Below, piece by piece: positions 29,628 to 38,463 of a stretch of 52,568 nt of DNA. This DNA is from a virus. Its lineage: Duplodnaviria; Caudoviricetes. The stretch is taken from the IMG/VR virus record IMGVR_UViG_3300001765_000049, positions 1 to 52,568 of that record, one strand, 5' to 3'. The translations under genes were made by a program, and so were the position numbers. How positions within the stretch are numbered: the first letter of the stretch is position 1; each line of letters starts with the position of its first letter. A model generated the notes under the pieces. That model had not been told where the DNA came from. It saw nothing but the letters and a program-made list of their open reading frames with translations, and did no database searches.

Positions 29628-30557
29628 ATGAAACGTGCATTACTCATAAGCGGAGGCGGTAGTTGGGGTGCATTTGGCGGTGGAACACTAGCTAGATTAA
29701 ATCGTTCATACAATACTGTTGTTGGAGTATCTACAGGTAGTCTATTAGCACCGTTAGCAGCTTTAAATGAGTGGGAGTTATTGAAGGAAGGATACACTAA
29801 CGTATCAAATAGTGATATATTTGATAATTACTGGTATATGCAAACCCCTCTATCAAAATCTGGTAGACTAAGGAAATTACCAATTATAATATCACTTATA
29901 TTAGGTGATAAATCTATATGCACATCGAATGCGCTTAGAAATACAATAGACAAATTTTTTCCGGAATATTATTTCATTGAGTTAAATAGGCAACATAAAG
30001 AAATTTTAGTTGGAACTCAGAATTATTTTCAAGTTCCATCAAAAATTCATTATTTTAGTTCTGCAAATGAAAAGTATGAGGATTTCAAAGATTGGATGTG
30101 GTGCAGTGCCAATTTTCCATTTTTTACAAGTTTGGTGAAGAAAAGTTGGAAGGATTACAACGGTAACTATCATGTTGGTTTATGGAGTGACGGTGGTATA
30201 ACGGATTTAGTGGGGTTAGACCAACTAATGTATAAGGATTATAAAGAAATTGATATCGTACTACATCGCACAAAAAATATTGAAAAATATGAAGGTAATA
30301 AAATTAACAATTTGGTTGAGAATGTTACCACGAGTATAAATGCAATGAGATATGATATTGAATTCGAGTATTTTTTTGAAAAAATAAAGAATTTAAATGT
30401 TGGTGGGTCGAAAGTGACTATTTATTGGCTACCTAGAAAATTAAGTAAAAATTCTATGGTTTTTAATCAAGAAGAAATGACGAAATGGTGGGAAGAGGGA
30501 TATGAAACCGCATTAGATGAAAATCGTATTCAGGTATTCGGACCAATCAAATCATAA
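29628..30557 (+). CDS. Patatin-like phospholipase
   Basis: SGGGSWG oxyanion motif, GVSTG nucleophile elbow, DGG motif. Confidence 0.9.
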   Translation: MKRALLISGGGSWGAFGGGTLARLNRSYNTVVGVSTGSLLAPLAALNEWELLKEGYTNVSNSDIFDNYWYMQTPLSKSGRLRKLPIIISLILGDKSICTSNALRNTIDKFFPEYYFIELNRQHKEILVGTQNYFQVPSKIHYFSSANEKYEDFKDWMWCSANFPFFTSLVKKSWKDYNGNYHVGLWSDGGITDLVGLDQLMYKDYKEIDIVLHRTKNIEKYEGNKINNLVENVTTSINAMRYDIEFEYFFEKIKNLNVGGSKVTIYWLPRKLSKNSMVFNQEEMTKWWEEGYETALDENRIQVFGPIKS

Positions 30558-30743
30558 CCAATATGGATAATCCTTATTGATTTTAAGTCTTATTATCTCT
30601 TTTAGGTTCTCAGGTAGATATTCATATAGATATGTGTTAAAACCATCCCAAAATTGAAAATAAGACAATAGTTTAATCTTAACGTCTGGCGTTAATTCTT
30701 CCCAAAGTTTTTTTGCTTCAATATCTTCATTAATATTTCCCAT
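30552..30743 (-). CDS. Small hypothetical protein
   Basis: 63 aa; minus-strand GTATTTAT at 30749-30756. Confidence 0.55.
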   Translation of the reverse strand: MGNINEDIEAKKLWEELTPDVKIKLLSYFQFWDGFNTYLYEYLPENLKEIIRLKINKDYPYWL

Positions 30744-30770
30744 CCTAAATAAATACTTTGGATGATGAAT

Positions 30771-31082
30771 TTACATCCAAGTCAATTTATTTGCAAATTC
30801 TCCATCAATAAATTCGACATCATAATATTCATCAAATTCGCTCTCCGGCATATATGCTCGTTTTACTCGACCATCACCGTAGAGAAGATAATCATTCATA
30901 TCAATTATTGTATTGAAGAAAATATACATTCCTTCTCCGGATGCATCTGGGCGATAAATAAAAATAAACGAATCCTTCCAATCCATATTCTCAATTTCGG
31001 ATGAAAAATTTAGAAGAACTCCGATAGTTTTACTACTATCGGAATATTCTTCATTATGAATTGTTTTAATATGTGTTCTCAT
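30771..31082 (-). CDS. Hypothetical protein
   Basis: Probable start MRTHIK at 31082, downstream of the M23 gene stop. Confidence 0.55.
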   Translation of the reverse strand: MRTHIKTIHNEEYSDSSKTIGVLLNFSSEIENMDWKDSFIFIYRPDASGEGMYIFFNTIIDMNDYLLYGDGRVKRAYMPESEFDEYYDVEFIDGEFANKLTWM

Positions 31083-31101
31083 AGTTTTTTTATCAAAGAT
31101 A

Positions 31102-31989
31102 TTATTTAATATCGTTATTGGCAATTAAATCATCAATTAGATATGAATAAAAATAACCTAATGGGTCAACAAATTTACCATTTAGATGAACTTCGTAGTG
31201 TAAATGCGGTCCAGTAGATAATCCAGTGCTACCCACAGTACCAATTAATTGACCCTTTTTAACATATTGACCTTTCTTCACATTAATAGAACCTAAATGG
31301 GCATATAGTGTTTCATATCCATACGAATGTTTAATAACTACACGATTACCATATCCAAACCTTGAATATAAAAGACCTTCGACTCTACCACTAGCAGAAG
31401 CAAAAACTTGTGTTCCACGCTTCGCAGATATGTCTATGCCTTCATGAAATATGGGTTTGTGATATATTGGATGATTTCTCCAACCAAATCCGGAAGTAAT
31501 ATTAATAAAATCCTTGGTTTTAATTGGTGAAATAGTTGGATAATAATTTAAAACATTTTTATTATTCTTTATAATTTCAGATTTTTCATTCAATTTTGTT
31601 AATTGATATGAAACTAATTCCGAAATATATAGACTCTTTCTATCAATGTTATTCATTATAGAATCATATTGAACGCTATAGTAATCAATGCTATCATTTT
31701 TATAACCATTGAAATCTAGGGTATCTACAGGAATCCCTAATAATTGAGAATAAATTCGATTATCGGTTTCATTAACCTTTTGCATTTTACTTTCAATTTC
31801 ATATAATCTATCACTAGCTTTTTTCAAAGATGCTCTCAATTCTCCGTTCTCATGTAGTAACGATGAAATTCTACTTTCAAAATCAAACGAAGAACTCGAT
31901 TGACTTGTAAAAATACTCGACCCATTAGTGACAATAAATACGATAATCACTAATATCGCTACTTTTACAGACTGTTTTACATTTTTCAT
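31102..31989 (-). CDS. M23 family metallopeptidase (peptidoglycan endopeptidase) with an N-terminal anchor and coiled coil
   Basis: HEGID, YAHL and STGPHLHYEV motifs. Confidence 0.9.
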   Translation of the reverse strand: MKNVKQSVKVAILVIIVFIVTNGSSIFTSQSSSSFDFESRISSLLHENGELRASLKKASDRLYEIESKMQKVNETDNRIYSQLLGIPVDTLDFNGYKNDSIDYYSVQYDSIMNNIDRKSLYISELVSYQLTKLNEKSEIIKNNKNVLNYYPTISPIKTKDFINITSGFGWRNHPIYHKPIFHEGIDISAKRGTQVFASASGRVEGLLYSRFGYGNRVVIKHSYGYETLYAHLGSINVKKGQYVKKGQLIGTVGSTGLSTGPHLHYEVHLNGKFVDPLGYFYSYLIDDLIANNDIK

Positions 31990-32239
31990 AATATTTGTAT
32001 TAAATAAGGTTATTACCCACTGAAAATCAAATGGTTATACCATTGATTTTAGATTTTTTTTATAAATAAGTGGGGTATTTAAACTAAAATTCCCAGAAAT
32101 GTGAGTTTTTCTGGGTTTTGAGGAATTTTGGTTGATTTTTATATCCAAAATTTCAAGTATAGGAATTTTTTGTCGATTAATTTTCTTAATCATATTATAT
32201 AAATACTAAAAAGTTTAAAATTTGTTAAAACATTGATAA

Positions 32240-32611
32240 TCACCACGTTCTCTCGATTTGGAAAAATTCGATAAGAAAGTTCCATTCTTCAAGAGATAAT
32301 CCCATTTTTTTTCTTGTGCGTCTAATTTTTAATTTCTCTAAAGTCCGTGCAATAAATATAATAATTACACATCCAAATAGCACAAAAAATATTCCTTTAA
32401 AAATATTGAAGAACATATCTGCTTTTGAAGTTGGCATATTAATAAATGAATATAATAAAAAGCCAACAAATAATATTACAAATATAGGTAAAATTGCGTA
32501 TCTTCCAACTAAAAACCATATACCAAATACTTTCCTTGATATCCACGGACTTTTAAATTTATGAAGTTCTATCGCATAATCATTTAATTCCTTAGTGGTG
32601 AATGCTCTCAT
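32240..32611 (-). CDS. Two-TM membrane protein
   Basis: Hydrophobic helices; minus-strand GTATTTAT at 32623-32630; same layout as 25325-25681. Confidence 0.6.
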   Translation of the reverse strand: MRAFTTKELNDYAIELHKFKSPWISRKVFGIWFLVGRYAILPIFVILFVGFLLYSFINMPTSKADMFFNIFKGIFFVLFGCVIIIFIARTLEKLKIRRTRKKMGLSLEEWNFLIEFFQIERTW

Positions 32612-32632
32612 AATTTTTTATTATAAATACTT

Positions 32633-33382
32633 TTATATTGACATTTTCTTATCATTGGGTAATCCATCATATTTAATTAACAATCTTTTCAATATTTTTT
32701 CCGGATAAAATAAAAATATATGTGATTCACCAATCCTAGTAAAGCCACATTTGGCAGCTACAGAAAATAATTTATATTCATTAATTTCTGTATCGGTACG
32801 TAAAATAAGTTTATTTAAGCCGTAATATTCAATTGCTGGAATCGTATCATAGCTATTAAAATCACCAATTTTAGTTCTTACTTTAACATTTTTCTGTTTA
32901 AAATAAAATTCCGCATCTATTTTATTATCTTGAATTGGTTTCACCAATGCAACTATTATAACATTAGAACTATAGAAATCTCTATAAATAGTTTCGATAA
33001 ATTCTTCGGTTATTTGAAGTTTCCGATAATCTGGATGAATAACTAGTCCTTGGATGAAAACAATTTTATCGTATGGTCTAATATCCAAATCTTTATCGGA
33101 TATAATTTTTTCAAATTCGCTAAAAATATTCTCATATCTATGCTCGTGAATTAATTTCTCTGTATTTATTTTTAATAATTTAGCCAATCCAAAATTCCAA
33201 ACGGAGAATCCATATTCACCGATTATTAATGGTGGTAAATTTTCGGAAATTCTTAATTCTGAAATTGTTCCATTATATTCTGTTATAATGTTATCATTTT
33301 CATTAATCAAGTTAAAATTTTTACGATACCCCTGAGTTTTAAATGTGATATTATTCAAAACTTTCCACATAATATTATTCAT
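32633..33382 (-). CDS. Hypothetical protein, possible GNAT-like fold
   Basis: IVFIQGLVIHPDYRKLQI resembles GNAT motif A; CGFTRIG resembles motif B. Confidence 0.45.
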   Translation of the reverse strand: MNNIMWKVLNNITFKTQGYRKNFNLINENDNIITEYNGTISELRISENLPPLIIGEYGFSVWNFGLAKLLKINTEKLIHEHRYENIFSEFEKIISDKDLDIRPYDKIVFIQGLVIHPDYRKLQITEEFIETIYRDFYSSNVIIVALVKPIQDNKIDAEFYFKQKNVKVRTKIGDFNSYDTIPAIEYYGLNKLILRTDTEINEYKLFSVAAKCGFTRIGESHIFLFYPEKILKRLLIKYDGLPNDKKMSI

Positions 33383-33411
33383 CCTAGTAAATTTAGTCGA
33401 AATATAAGTTC

Positions 33412-33798
33412 TTATAATAACTCGTGTGATTTATTCATTTTATCCAATAATGACGCATAATATCCCTTTACTTCATCCTTATGTAAATAATCTTTTGGGT
33501 CAAAATTTTCATCAATATGGTCTTTCCAATATAATTGAATGTTGAATGCAATTAATGTGTCGATGAATTCGTTTAATGTCGGAGGATAGGATAATCGTAT
33601 GTAAACATCATCATTTCTCAGTATATAGAAATCTGAATAAACATCAAATTCGATATTATCGCCATTGGTGTATTTAGTTTTATAAGATTTCCACCCATCA
33701 AATAATGTTAATAGTAGGTCAAAATCAAATGGTTGGGTGAGAAATTCCCTGAACTTCTCAGTCCCAACCGTGTTTATAAATGGTGTTACCTTTATCAT
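33412..33798 (-). CDS. Hypothetical protein
   Basis: 128 aa, ATGA-coupled to the upstream gene. Confidence 0.6.
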   Translation of the reverse strand: MIKVTPFINTVGTEKFREFLTQPFDFDLLLTLFDGWKSYKTKYTNGDNIEFDVYSDFYILRNDDVYIRLSYPPTLNEFIDTLIAFNIQLYWKDHIDENFDPKDYLHKDEVKGYYASLLDKMNKSHELL

Positions 33799-34778
33799 TT
33801 TATCTTATTTAACTCAATACTACCACTAGCTGTAACATATGTACCATGTATTTTTAATTCAATAGTTCCGGCATCAATAGGATTACCCATATTGCCATCC
33901 CAATACTGAATTTTTATTCCATCATCTGTCTTTTCATAAGCAGTTGCGTATGTTCCACAGAGTATTGGGAGTCGGATTTCTTCATTTTTTCCTAGGTATT
34001 CTTTAATAAACTCATAATTTAAATTTTCTTTCTTAACAATCTTACCTAGTCTGTTTTTTGGTTCAAAATATGAAGCAATATATGTATCGCTGCTATTGGG
34101 TGTGAATACTACTAAGCAATCGAAAAATTCTCTTCCTTCTTCGGGTATCCAAGTAATTGTGCTAAAATTAATAATAACAGAACTTCTATCTACACGATTA
34201 ACAGAACCAAAATTTGGATAACCATAACCGGTAGCCATTTTCGTAACATGCCAAAATTCAGATATACCCGTAGTTTCATTATGATATCCTATTAATTTCC
34301 CATCATCACCCCTAAATTCACCAATCTTAGTAAGCCAATAATCAGTGCGTACTTCAGAGGCAATCTTCCACCCATCGTCATCCCTTCGATATAAATTCAA
34401 CTTTCTTTCATCCATTTGATAAACATATGGTTCATATGTCATTACAAAGAGTTTACCATTTGCAACAAATGAAAAATGATAGTTAGTGAAAAGGATAAGG
34501 TCTTTAATTTCCTTAACTTCATTAACTGTTATGATTCCTTTTTCTTGTGAAATCCTTATGAATTCATCGATTGTTCCGGCTTCAATATTATTAAGGACTG
34601 CATGGAATTCATCAGTGCCATAGGTATCAATAAATTTTTGGGTAATGCTACCAATAGTTTTACGACCTTCACCAAAGTTTTCGATTTGGGAACATTGCTT
34701 ATCATAATAAAATGGTGCTTGACTAAATGCAGTCAAGGAAAGCATTAAAACCAGCAGTGAAATTAAAATCTTTTTCAT
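33795..34778 (-). CDS. Secreted/periplasmic protein with a Sec signal peptide
   Basis: MKKILISLLVLMLSLTAFS|Q: signal peptide followed by Gln, a common pattern in Bacteroidota. Confidence 0.7.
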   Translation of the reverse strand: MKKILISLLVLMLSLTAFSQAPFYYDKQCSQIENFGEGRKTIGSITQKFIDTYGTDEFHAVLNNIEAGTIDEFIRISQEKGIITVNEVKEIKDLILFTNYHFSFVANGKLFVMTYEPYVYQMDERKLNLYRRDDDGWKIASEVRTDYWLTKIGEFRGDDGKLIGYHNETTGISEFWHVTKMATGYGYPNFGSVNRVDRSSVIINFSTITWIPEEGREFFDCLVVFTPNSSDTYIASYFEPKNRLGKIVKKENLNYEFIKEYLGKNEEIRLPILCGTYATAYEKTDDGIKIQYWDGNMGNPIDAGTIELKIHGTYVTASGSIELNKIK

Positions 34779-34801
34779 ATCATTATTTTTAATTATGCTA
34801 G

Positions 34802-34831
34802 TTATACGGAATTGACAAATGAAATGTTACA
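34802..34831 (-). promoter_or_regulatory. ECF-type promoter TGTAAC-N17-CGTATAA
   Basis: The + strand reads TTATACG...GTTACA; upstream of 34778. Confidence 0.7.
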
Positions 34832-34844
34832 AAAATAGTAGAGT

Positions 34845-35069
34845 TTATTCGTCAACTAATTTCAATTCTGCAACAGCTATAACCATAACATTTTTGGGGA
34901 GTTTTTTATTTTTATGTTCATCCTTAATCAGGGATGTTGATATATAGTCCGAAAAAATGTCTCCCACATTGGTTGGATTTCTATCTTTTACTTCAAAAAG
35001 CGTTTCTTCTGTATCGGAATCTATAAACTTTATGTTGATTCTCGGTGTTTCTTTTACGTATCTACTCAT
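34845..35069 (-). CDS. Hypothetical protein
   Basis: Probable start MSRYVKE; the track extends the ORF to 35111. Confidence 0.55.
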   Translation of the reverse strand: MSRYVKETPRINIKFIDSDTEETLFEVKDRNPTNVGDIFSDYISTSLIKDEHKNKKLPKNVMVIAVAELKLVDE

Positions 35070-35322
35070 TTTCTTTGTTATTTTCTTTATAATTATTTTC
35101 ACTGAAATCATTTAATTGACTAACAAATTTAAATACATCAAATAATAAAACTTTGATAGTCCAAATAATAATAACCCATTGGAAATATGTTATGTAAATA
35201 TTTGTTGGAGGATATAAAACAGATTTCCAGGCAAAATTTATAAAAATTCCAATAAGAAGTGCTTCCATAAAAAAATATATCATTATTGGCACAATATAAA
35301 ACATACTTTTAAAAAAATTCAT
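35062..35322 (-). CDS. Two-TM membrane protein
   Basis: 86 aa with two hydrophobic segments. Confidence 0.6.
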   Translation of the reverse strand: MNFFKSMFYIVPIMIYFFMEALLIGIFINFAWKSVLYPPTNIYITYFQWVIIIWTIKVLLFDVFKFVSQLNDFSENNYKENNKENE

Positions 35323-35323
35323 A

Positions 35324-35842
35324 TTATCTATTATTAATTTTTAAACCCATTTCTTTCATTTTAAGCAATGCTTCTGCGTTGCCCATTGCATCATCTATCG
35401 GATGATGCGAGTGCTTTGTAGTACGAAGTTTCTTCCACCCTGCCCACATATCCATTTGCATTCCGCAGTATAAGTCACCAATTCTACGTGAAGACCATCC
35501 GAAGGGATTCTTCCCAAGATATGTGAGAAAATACCAATTAATCCAAGATGCATCATATCCATTGTTATCTGAAATAAGAATTGGTCTGCCTTTAGAATTA
35601 TCTTTTAGCCAAGCATCAAAGTCAGTCATTACTTTCTTGGGGTCATCAAAAGTTTCGTGCGTTGCTCTACTGAATCCACTTACAGCAAGTGCTTCGGGTA
35701 CATATATGGGTGAAATTGGTCTTGTTTTTCCATAAAAGGTCTTATCGAGTTCCGGAGTTACCATAACCACCCCAAAGCACACCATACTGTGCGTACCCAA
35801 TAAACCACCATCCGATTCTACATCAACTACAAATAAACTCAT
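35324..35842 (-). CDS. DEDDh 3'-5' exonuclease (RNase AS/DUF5051-like)
   Basis: VDVESDG, DNNGYD and HHPIDDA motifs. Confidence 0.85.
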   Translation of the reverse strand: MSLFVVDVESDGGLLGTHSMVCFGVVMVTPELDKTFYGKTRPISPIYVPEALAVSGFSRATHETFDDPKKVMTDFDAWLKDNSKGRPILISDNNGYDASWINWYFLTYLGKNPFGWSSRRIGDLYCGMQMDMWAGWKKLRTTKHSHHPIDDAMGNAEALLKMKEMGLKINNR

Positions 35843-36126
35843 ATTGCGTTTTCTTTAATACATTTTTCGATTTCTTCTCTCGTCCATAGGTTTCCTATTG
35901 GAAAATCTTTCTTTTCACGAGTACTGATTCCAATAAATGGTCTATGATATTTCCTTACACAATCATTAATGAAATCAATTAAACTGAAAATATCTTCATC
36001 TGGAGATACGTAGAATTCGTAGCCAAGCATTGCAGGACCACCACATTTAATGTCAGTTGAATCGTTTCTTTCGCATGAAACGTCCACATATATTGCATCA
36101 CAAACTTCAATAATTTTAGTTTTCAT
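35839..36126 (-). CDS. Hypothetical protein
   Basis: 95 aa, overlaps both neighbours. Confidence 0.55.
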   Translation of the reverse strand: MKTKIIEVCDAIYVDVSCERNDSTDIKCGGPAMLGYEFYVSPDEDIFSLIDFINDCVRKYHRPFIGISTREKKDFPIGNLWTREEIEKCIKENAI

Positions 36127-36619
36127 TATTTAAAAGATTTAAAATTTTATCTTTAATACCACATTGTTTAATGCCTTCACTGACACGTGGAGTTATAACA
36201 AAATGTTCCGGACTTATCCACTGGCTTAAATCTAAGTCATCAATAGCGACCCAATTAGTTAAAGTGTGCTCGGCAACATATTTGTTAATCTCGTATGCAC
36301 GACATTCCTCTAGTTGTTGTAGACTATAAAATATATGACCCCATGAAGAAGCCGTAGTATCAGAAACAATTGCATTTACAGCATTCCATTTGAAAATTTC
36401 ATTCATCTGTTCGATGGTGTAATTCAATTTCCAATCACTTGATAGGATAATTTTTGCACCACTGAGATTATCAAGAATTGAATTGAAAACCTTAACGCAT
36501 TTTTCATCGAAACGATAACAATTTAAAGCAGGATGCCACTTCTTTCTATTGGTATTGAATTGATATGATGTAGCTAGTACACCATCAATATCGAGAAATA
36601 TGTGAGGACTATTGTTCAT
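36116..36619 (-). CDS. HAD-superfamily phosphatase (Swiss-Army-Knife RNA-repair-like)
   Basis: FLDIDGVL, IILSSDWK, R..EI and WVAIDD. Confidence 0.85.
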   Translation of the reverse strand: MNNSPHIFLDIDGVLATSYQFNTNRKKWHPALNCYRFDEKCVKVFNSILDNLSGAKIILSSDWKLNYTIEQMNEIFKWNAVNAIVSDTTASSWGHIFYSLQQLEECRAYEINKYVAEHTLTNWVAIDDLDLSQWISPEHFVITPRVSEGIKQCGIKDKILNLLNNEN

Positions 36620-36640
36620 TTAACGCTTAATTTGTAAGTC

Positions 36641-37228
36641 TTATAAACCACTAAAATTGAACTCTAATGAATCTTTTGCAGTGGTTATGTCGTGCACTTC
36701 ATCAAGTTCTTTCCATAGTTCTTCAAGTACGTCTTGGTTTAGACTATCCTTATACCAAACCAATGCCATTTGGAAGATAGGCTTACGATAGGCATATTCA
36801 TTAACGTATTTTTTATACATTGAACTACCCTCAGATTTACTATAGCTTGCATTTGCGAGCATGTCGTGCATTTTCAATATAATTGCCCGATAATCTTTTA
36901 CGGTTTTACCCATAGTAAGCAAGTGTTTCATCAGACGGTTCTCTGCCGGAACATCGGTTACAGCTAATGTAATATCCGCAACGTCCTTACCACAAACATC
37001 ACAAATATTATTGTAGGTCTGTTTAGCATCTTCCATGAGGTCGTGGGTATATGATGCAGCTTGTGTATTATAGGCATCCCTAATATTTTTAAAGACTGCA
37101 CTATATTTATGAACGTTATTTCTTACCATATTAATATGAAGAAAATAACTTTGACCACCGTATTCACAGTTGGCATCGTCATAGCACTTACGTGCATAAT
37201 TTTTAATTATTTCTATTTTATCAACCAT
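36641..37228 (-). CDS. HD-domain protein, small alarmone (p)ppGpp hydrolase-like
   Basis: YFLH, HDLMED, VTD and LKMHDMLAN match the RelA/SpoT hydrolase (HD_4) pattern. Confidence 0.75.
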   Translation of the reverse strand: MVDKIEIIKNYARKCYDDANCEYGGQSYFLHINMVRNNVHKYSAVFKNIRDAYNTQAASYTHDLMEDAKQTYNNICDVCGKDVADITLAVTDVPAENRLMKHLLTMGKTVKDYRAIILKMHDMLANASYSKSEGSSMYKKYVNEYAYRKPIFQMALVWYKDSLNQDVLEELWKELDEVHDITTAKDSLEFNFSGL

Positions 37229-37433
37229 TTTCCTTTTGATTTAATTCATTTAGAAGTTCGGTATATTCATCAAGTTTACCCTTTGCTTTTACTAGGTCTT
37301 CTTCAAGCCAAGTGATTTCATCTTGGAGTATTTTAATTTTCTTCTTTTTATCTGTAAGAACTTCAAGTAGGCTGTAATAAACCTTATCAGCACCATCGTA
37401 ATTTGCTTGTAAATAATCTCTAATATTTCCCAT
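37221..37433 (-). CDS. Small coiled-coil hypothetical protein
   Basis: 70 aa, overlap-coupled to both neighbours. Confidence 0.55.
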   Translation of the reverse strand: MGNIRDYLQANYDGADKVYYSLLEVLTDKKKKIKILQDEITWLEEDLVKAKGKLDEYTELLNELNQKENG

Positions 37434-38008
37434 TATATAGATTTTTTATAAATTTTAACGTTTTCAAATTTACCACTCCAAAGTTTATCACCATTATATA
37501 ATGATTTATCGCCTTTGGTCTGTAGGAAGTCAATACTTTTCGTATATCTACTATTCTTAGCATCCCTAGCAACCCACCATCCGTTAATTTCTTTGTATGG
37601 ACTTTCAATCCAAATGGTATCACCGTATTTAATTTTACCTTTATATAAATTGGTTCTATCATAAACTAATTTACTTTTGCGATAATCGTTATCTAGCATT
37701 TCCTGGCTGATAGCTACCCAACGGTGCTGACTTGCTTTATGTGGATTAATTCTAGACCTATCACCGGTAATTGTTGGACTATCATCACACTGTCTTTTTT
37801 CAGCGTGATAAATAGTACCCCATACATCATCGTATAGTAATTCGAATTCGGGTTTTGGGGTAACGACTTCCGTAATAACGGGATTTGGAATAACAGTAAG
37901 AATTGTCGATTCTGTAGATTTTTCGAATGATTTAGCATGACCCCCGCTTATCATAGCCATTGAAACTAATGATACTATAATCAATGTAATTAATTTGGAT
38001 ATCTTCAT
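37433..38008 (-). CDS. Exported 3D-domain (MltA/RlpA-like) peptidoglycan-processing protein
   Basis: Signal peptide; TIYH...QCDDSPTITG, WVAISQ, VARD and SIDFL fit the Asp-Asp-Asp pattern. Confidence 0.7.
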   Translation of the reverse strand: MKISKLITLIIVSLVSMAMISGGHAKSFEKSTESTILTVIPNPVITEVVTPKPEFELLYDDVWGTIYHAEKRQCDDSPTITGDRSRINPHKASQHRWVAISQEMLDNDYRKSKLVYDRTNLYKGKIKYGDTIWIESPYKEINGWWVARDAKNSRYTKSIDFLQTKGDKSLYNGDKLWSGKFENVKIYKKSI

Positions 38009-38031
38009 ATTTCAGTTATTATATTTTGCAA

Positions 38032-38060
38032 TTATACGAATAATTTTTTAATTTGTTACA
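38032..38060 (-). promoter_or_regulatory. ECF-type promoter TGTAAC-N16-CGTATAA
   Basis: The + strand reads TTATACG (38032)...GTTACA (38055); upstream of 38008. Confidence 0.7.
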
Positions 38061-38120
38061 AATTTTAACGTATTTTTACGTAGGAATAAATACTTTTGTT
38101 GCAAAATAAATAAATATAGG

Positions 38121-38156
38121 TATATTTGTAACAATTTAAATCTAGGTTTCGTATAA
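38121..38156 (+). promoter_or_regulatory. Host-type TATATTTG overlapping an ECF-type TGTAAC-N17-CGTATAA promoter
   Basis: TATATTTGTAACAATTTAAATCTAGGTTTCGTATAA, upstream of 38169. Confidence 0.7.
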
Positions 38157-38168
38157 TGAGAAAAATTT

Positions 38169-38417
38169 ATGAAAAGCGATAATAAAATTATGGAAATAAT
38201 TAAAGTAAGTGGATTCCTCATTACATCAGATGAAGACCCATCCGTAGGTATTTTCAAAGTAGAGTGGGTATTAAAAAACGATTTTTACTTTGATAATAAA
38301 GAAGAACTTGAAGAATTCCGCAAAGACCTAGAAAAGACTTTCGAGAAGTATTGTGGTATTGTTAAAGTCGAAACTTTCGAAGAAAGACAAAAACTAATTG
38401 ATAGCGAATCTTACTAA
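38169..38417 (+). CDS. Small hypothetical protein
   Basis: 82 aa, contains DPSVGI. Confidence 0.6.
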   Translation: MKSDNKIMEIIKVSGFLITSDEDPSVGIFKVEWVLKNDFYFDNKEELEEFRKDLEKTFEKYCGIVKVETFEERQKLIDSESY

Positions 38418-38463
38418 AATGATTTTTTTTGATGAGGGAACGTATTTATGATAAAATATTAAT

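Noticed and set aside
29628-30557. Patatin as a CBASS CapV-type defence effector
   Set aside because: There is no neighbouring cyclase (CD-NTase); the gene stands alone behind a late-type motif.
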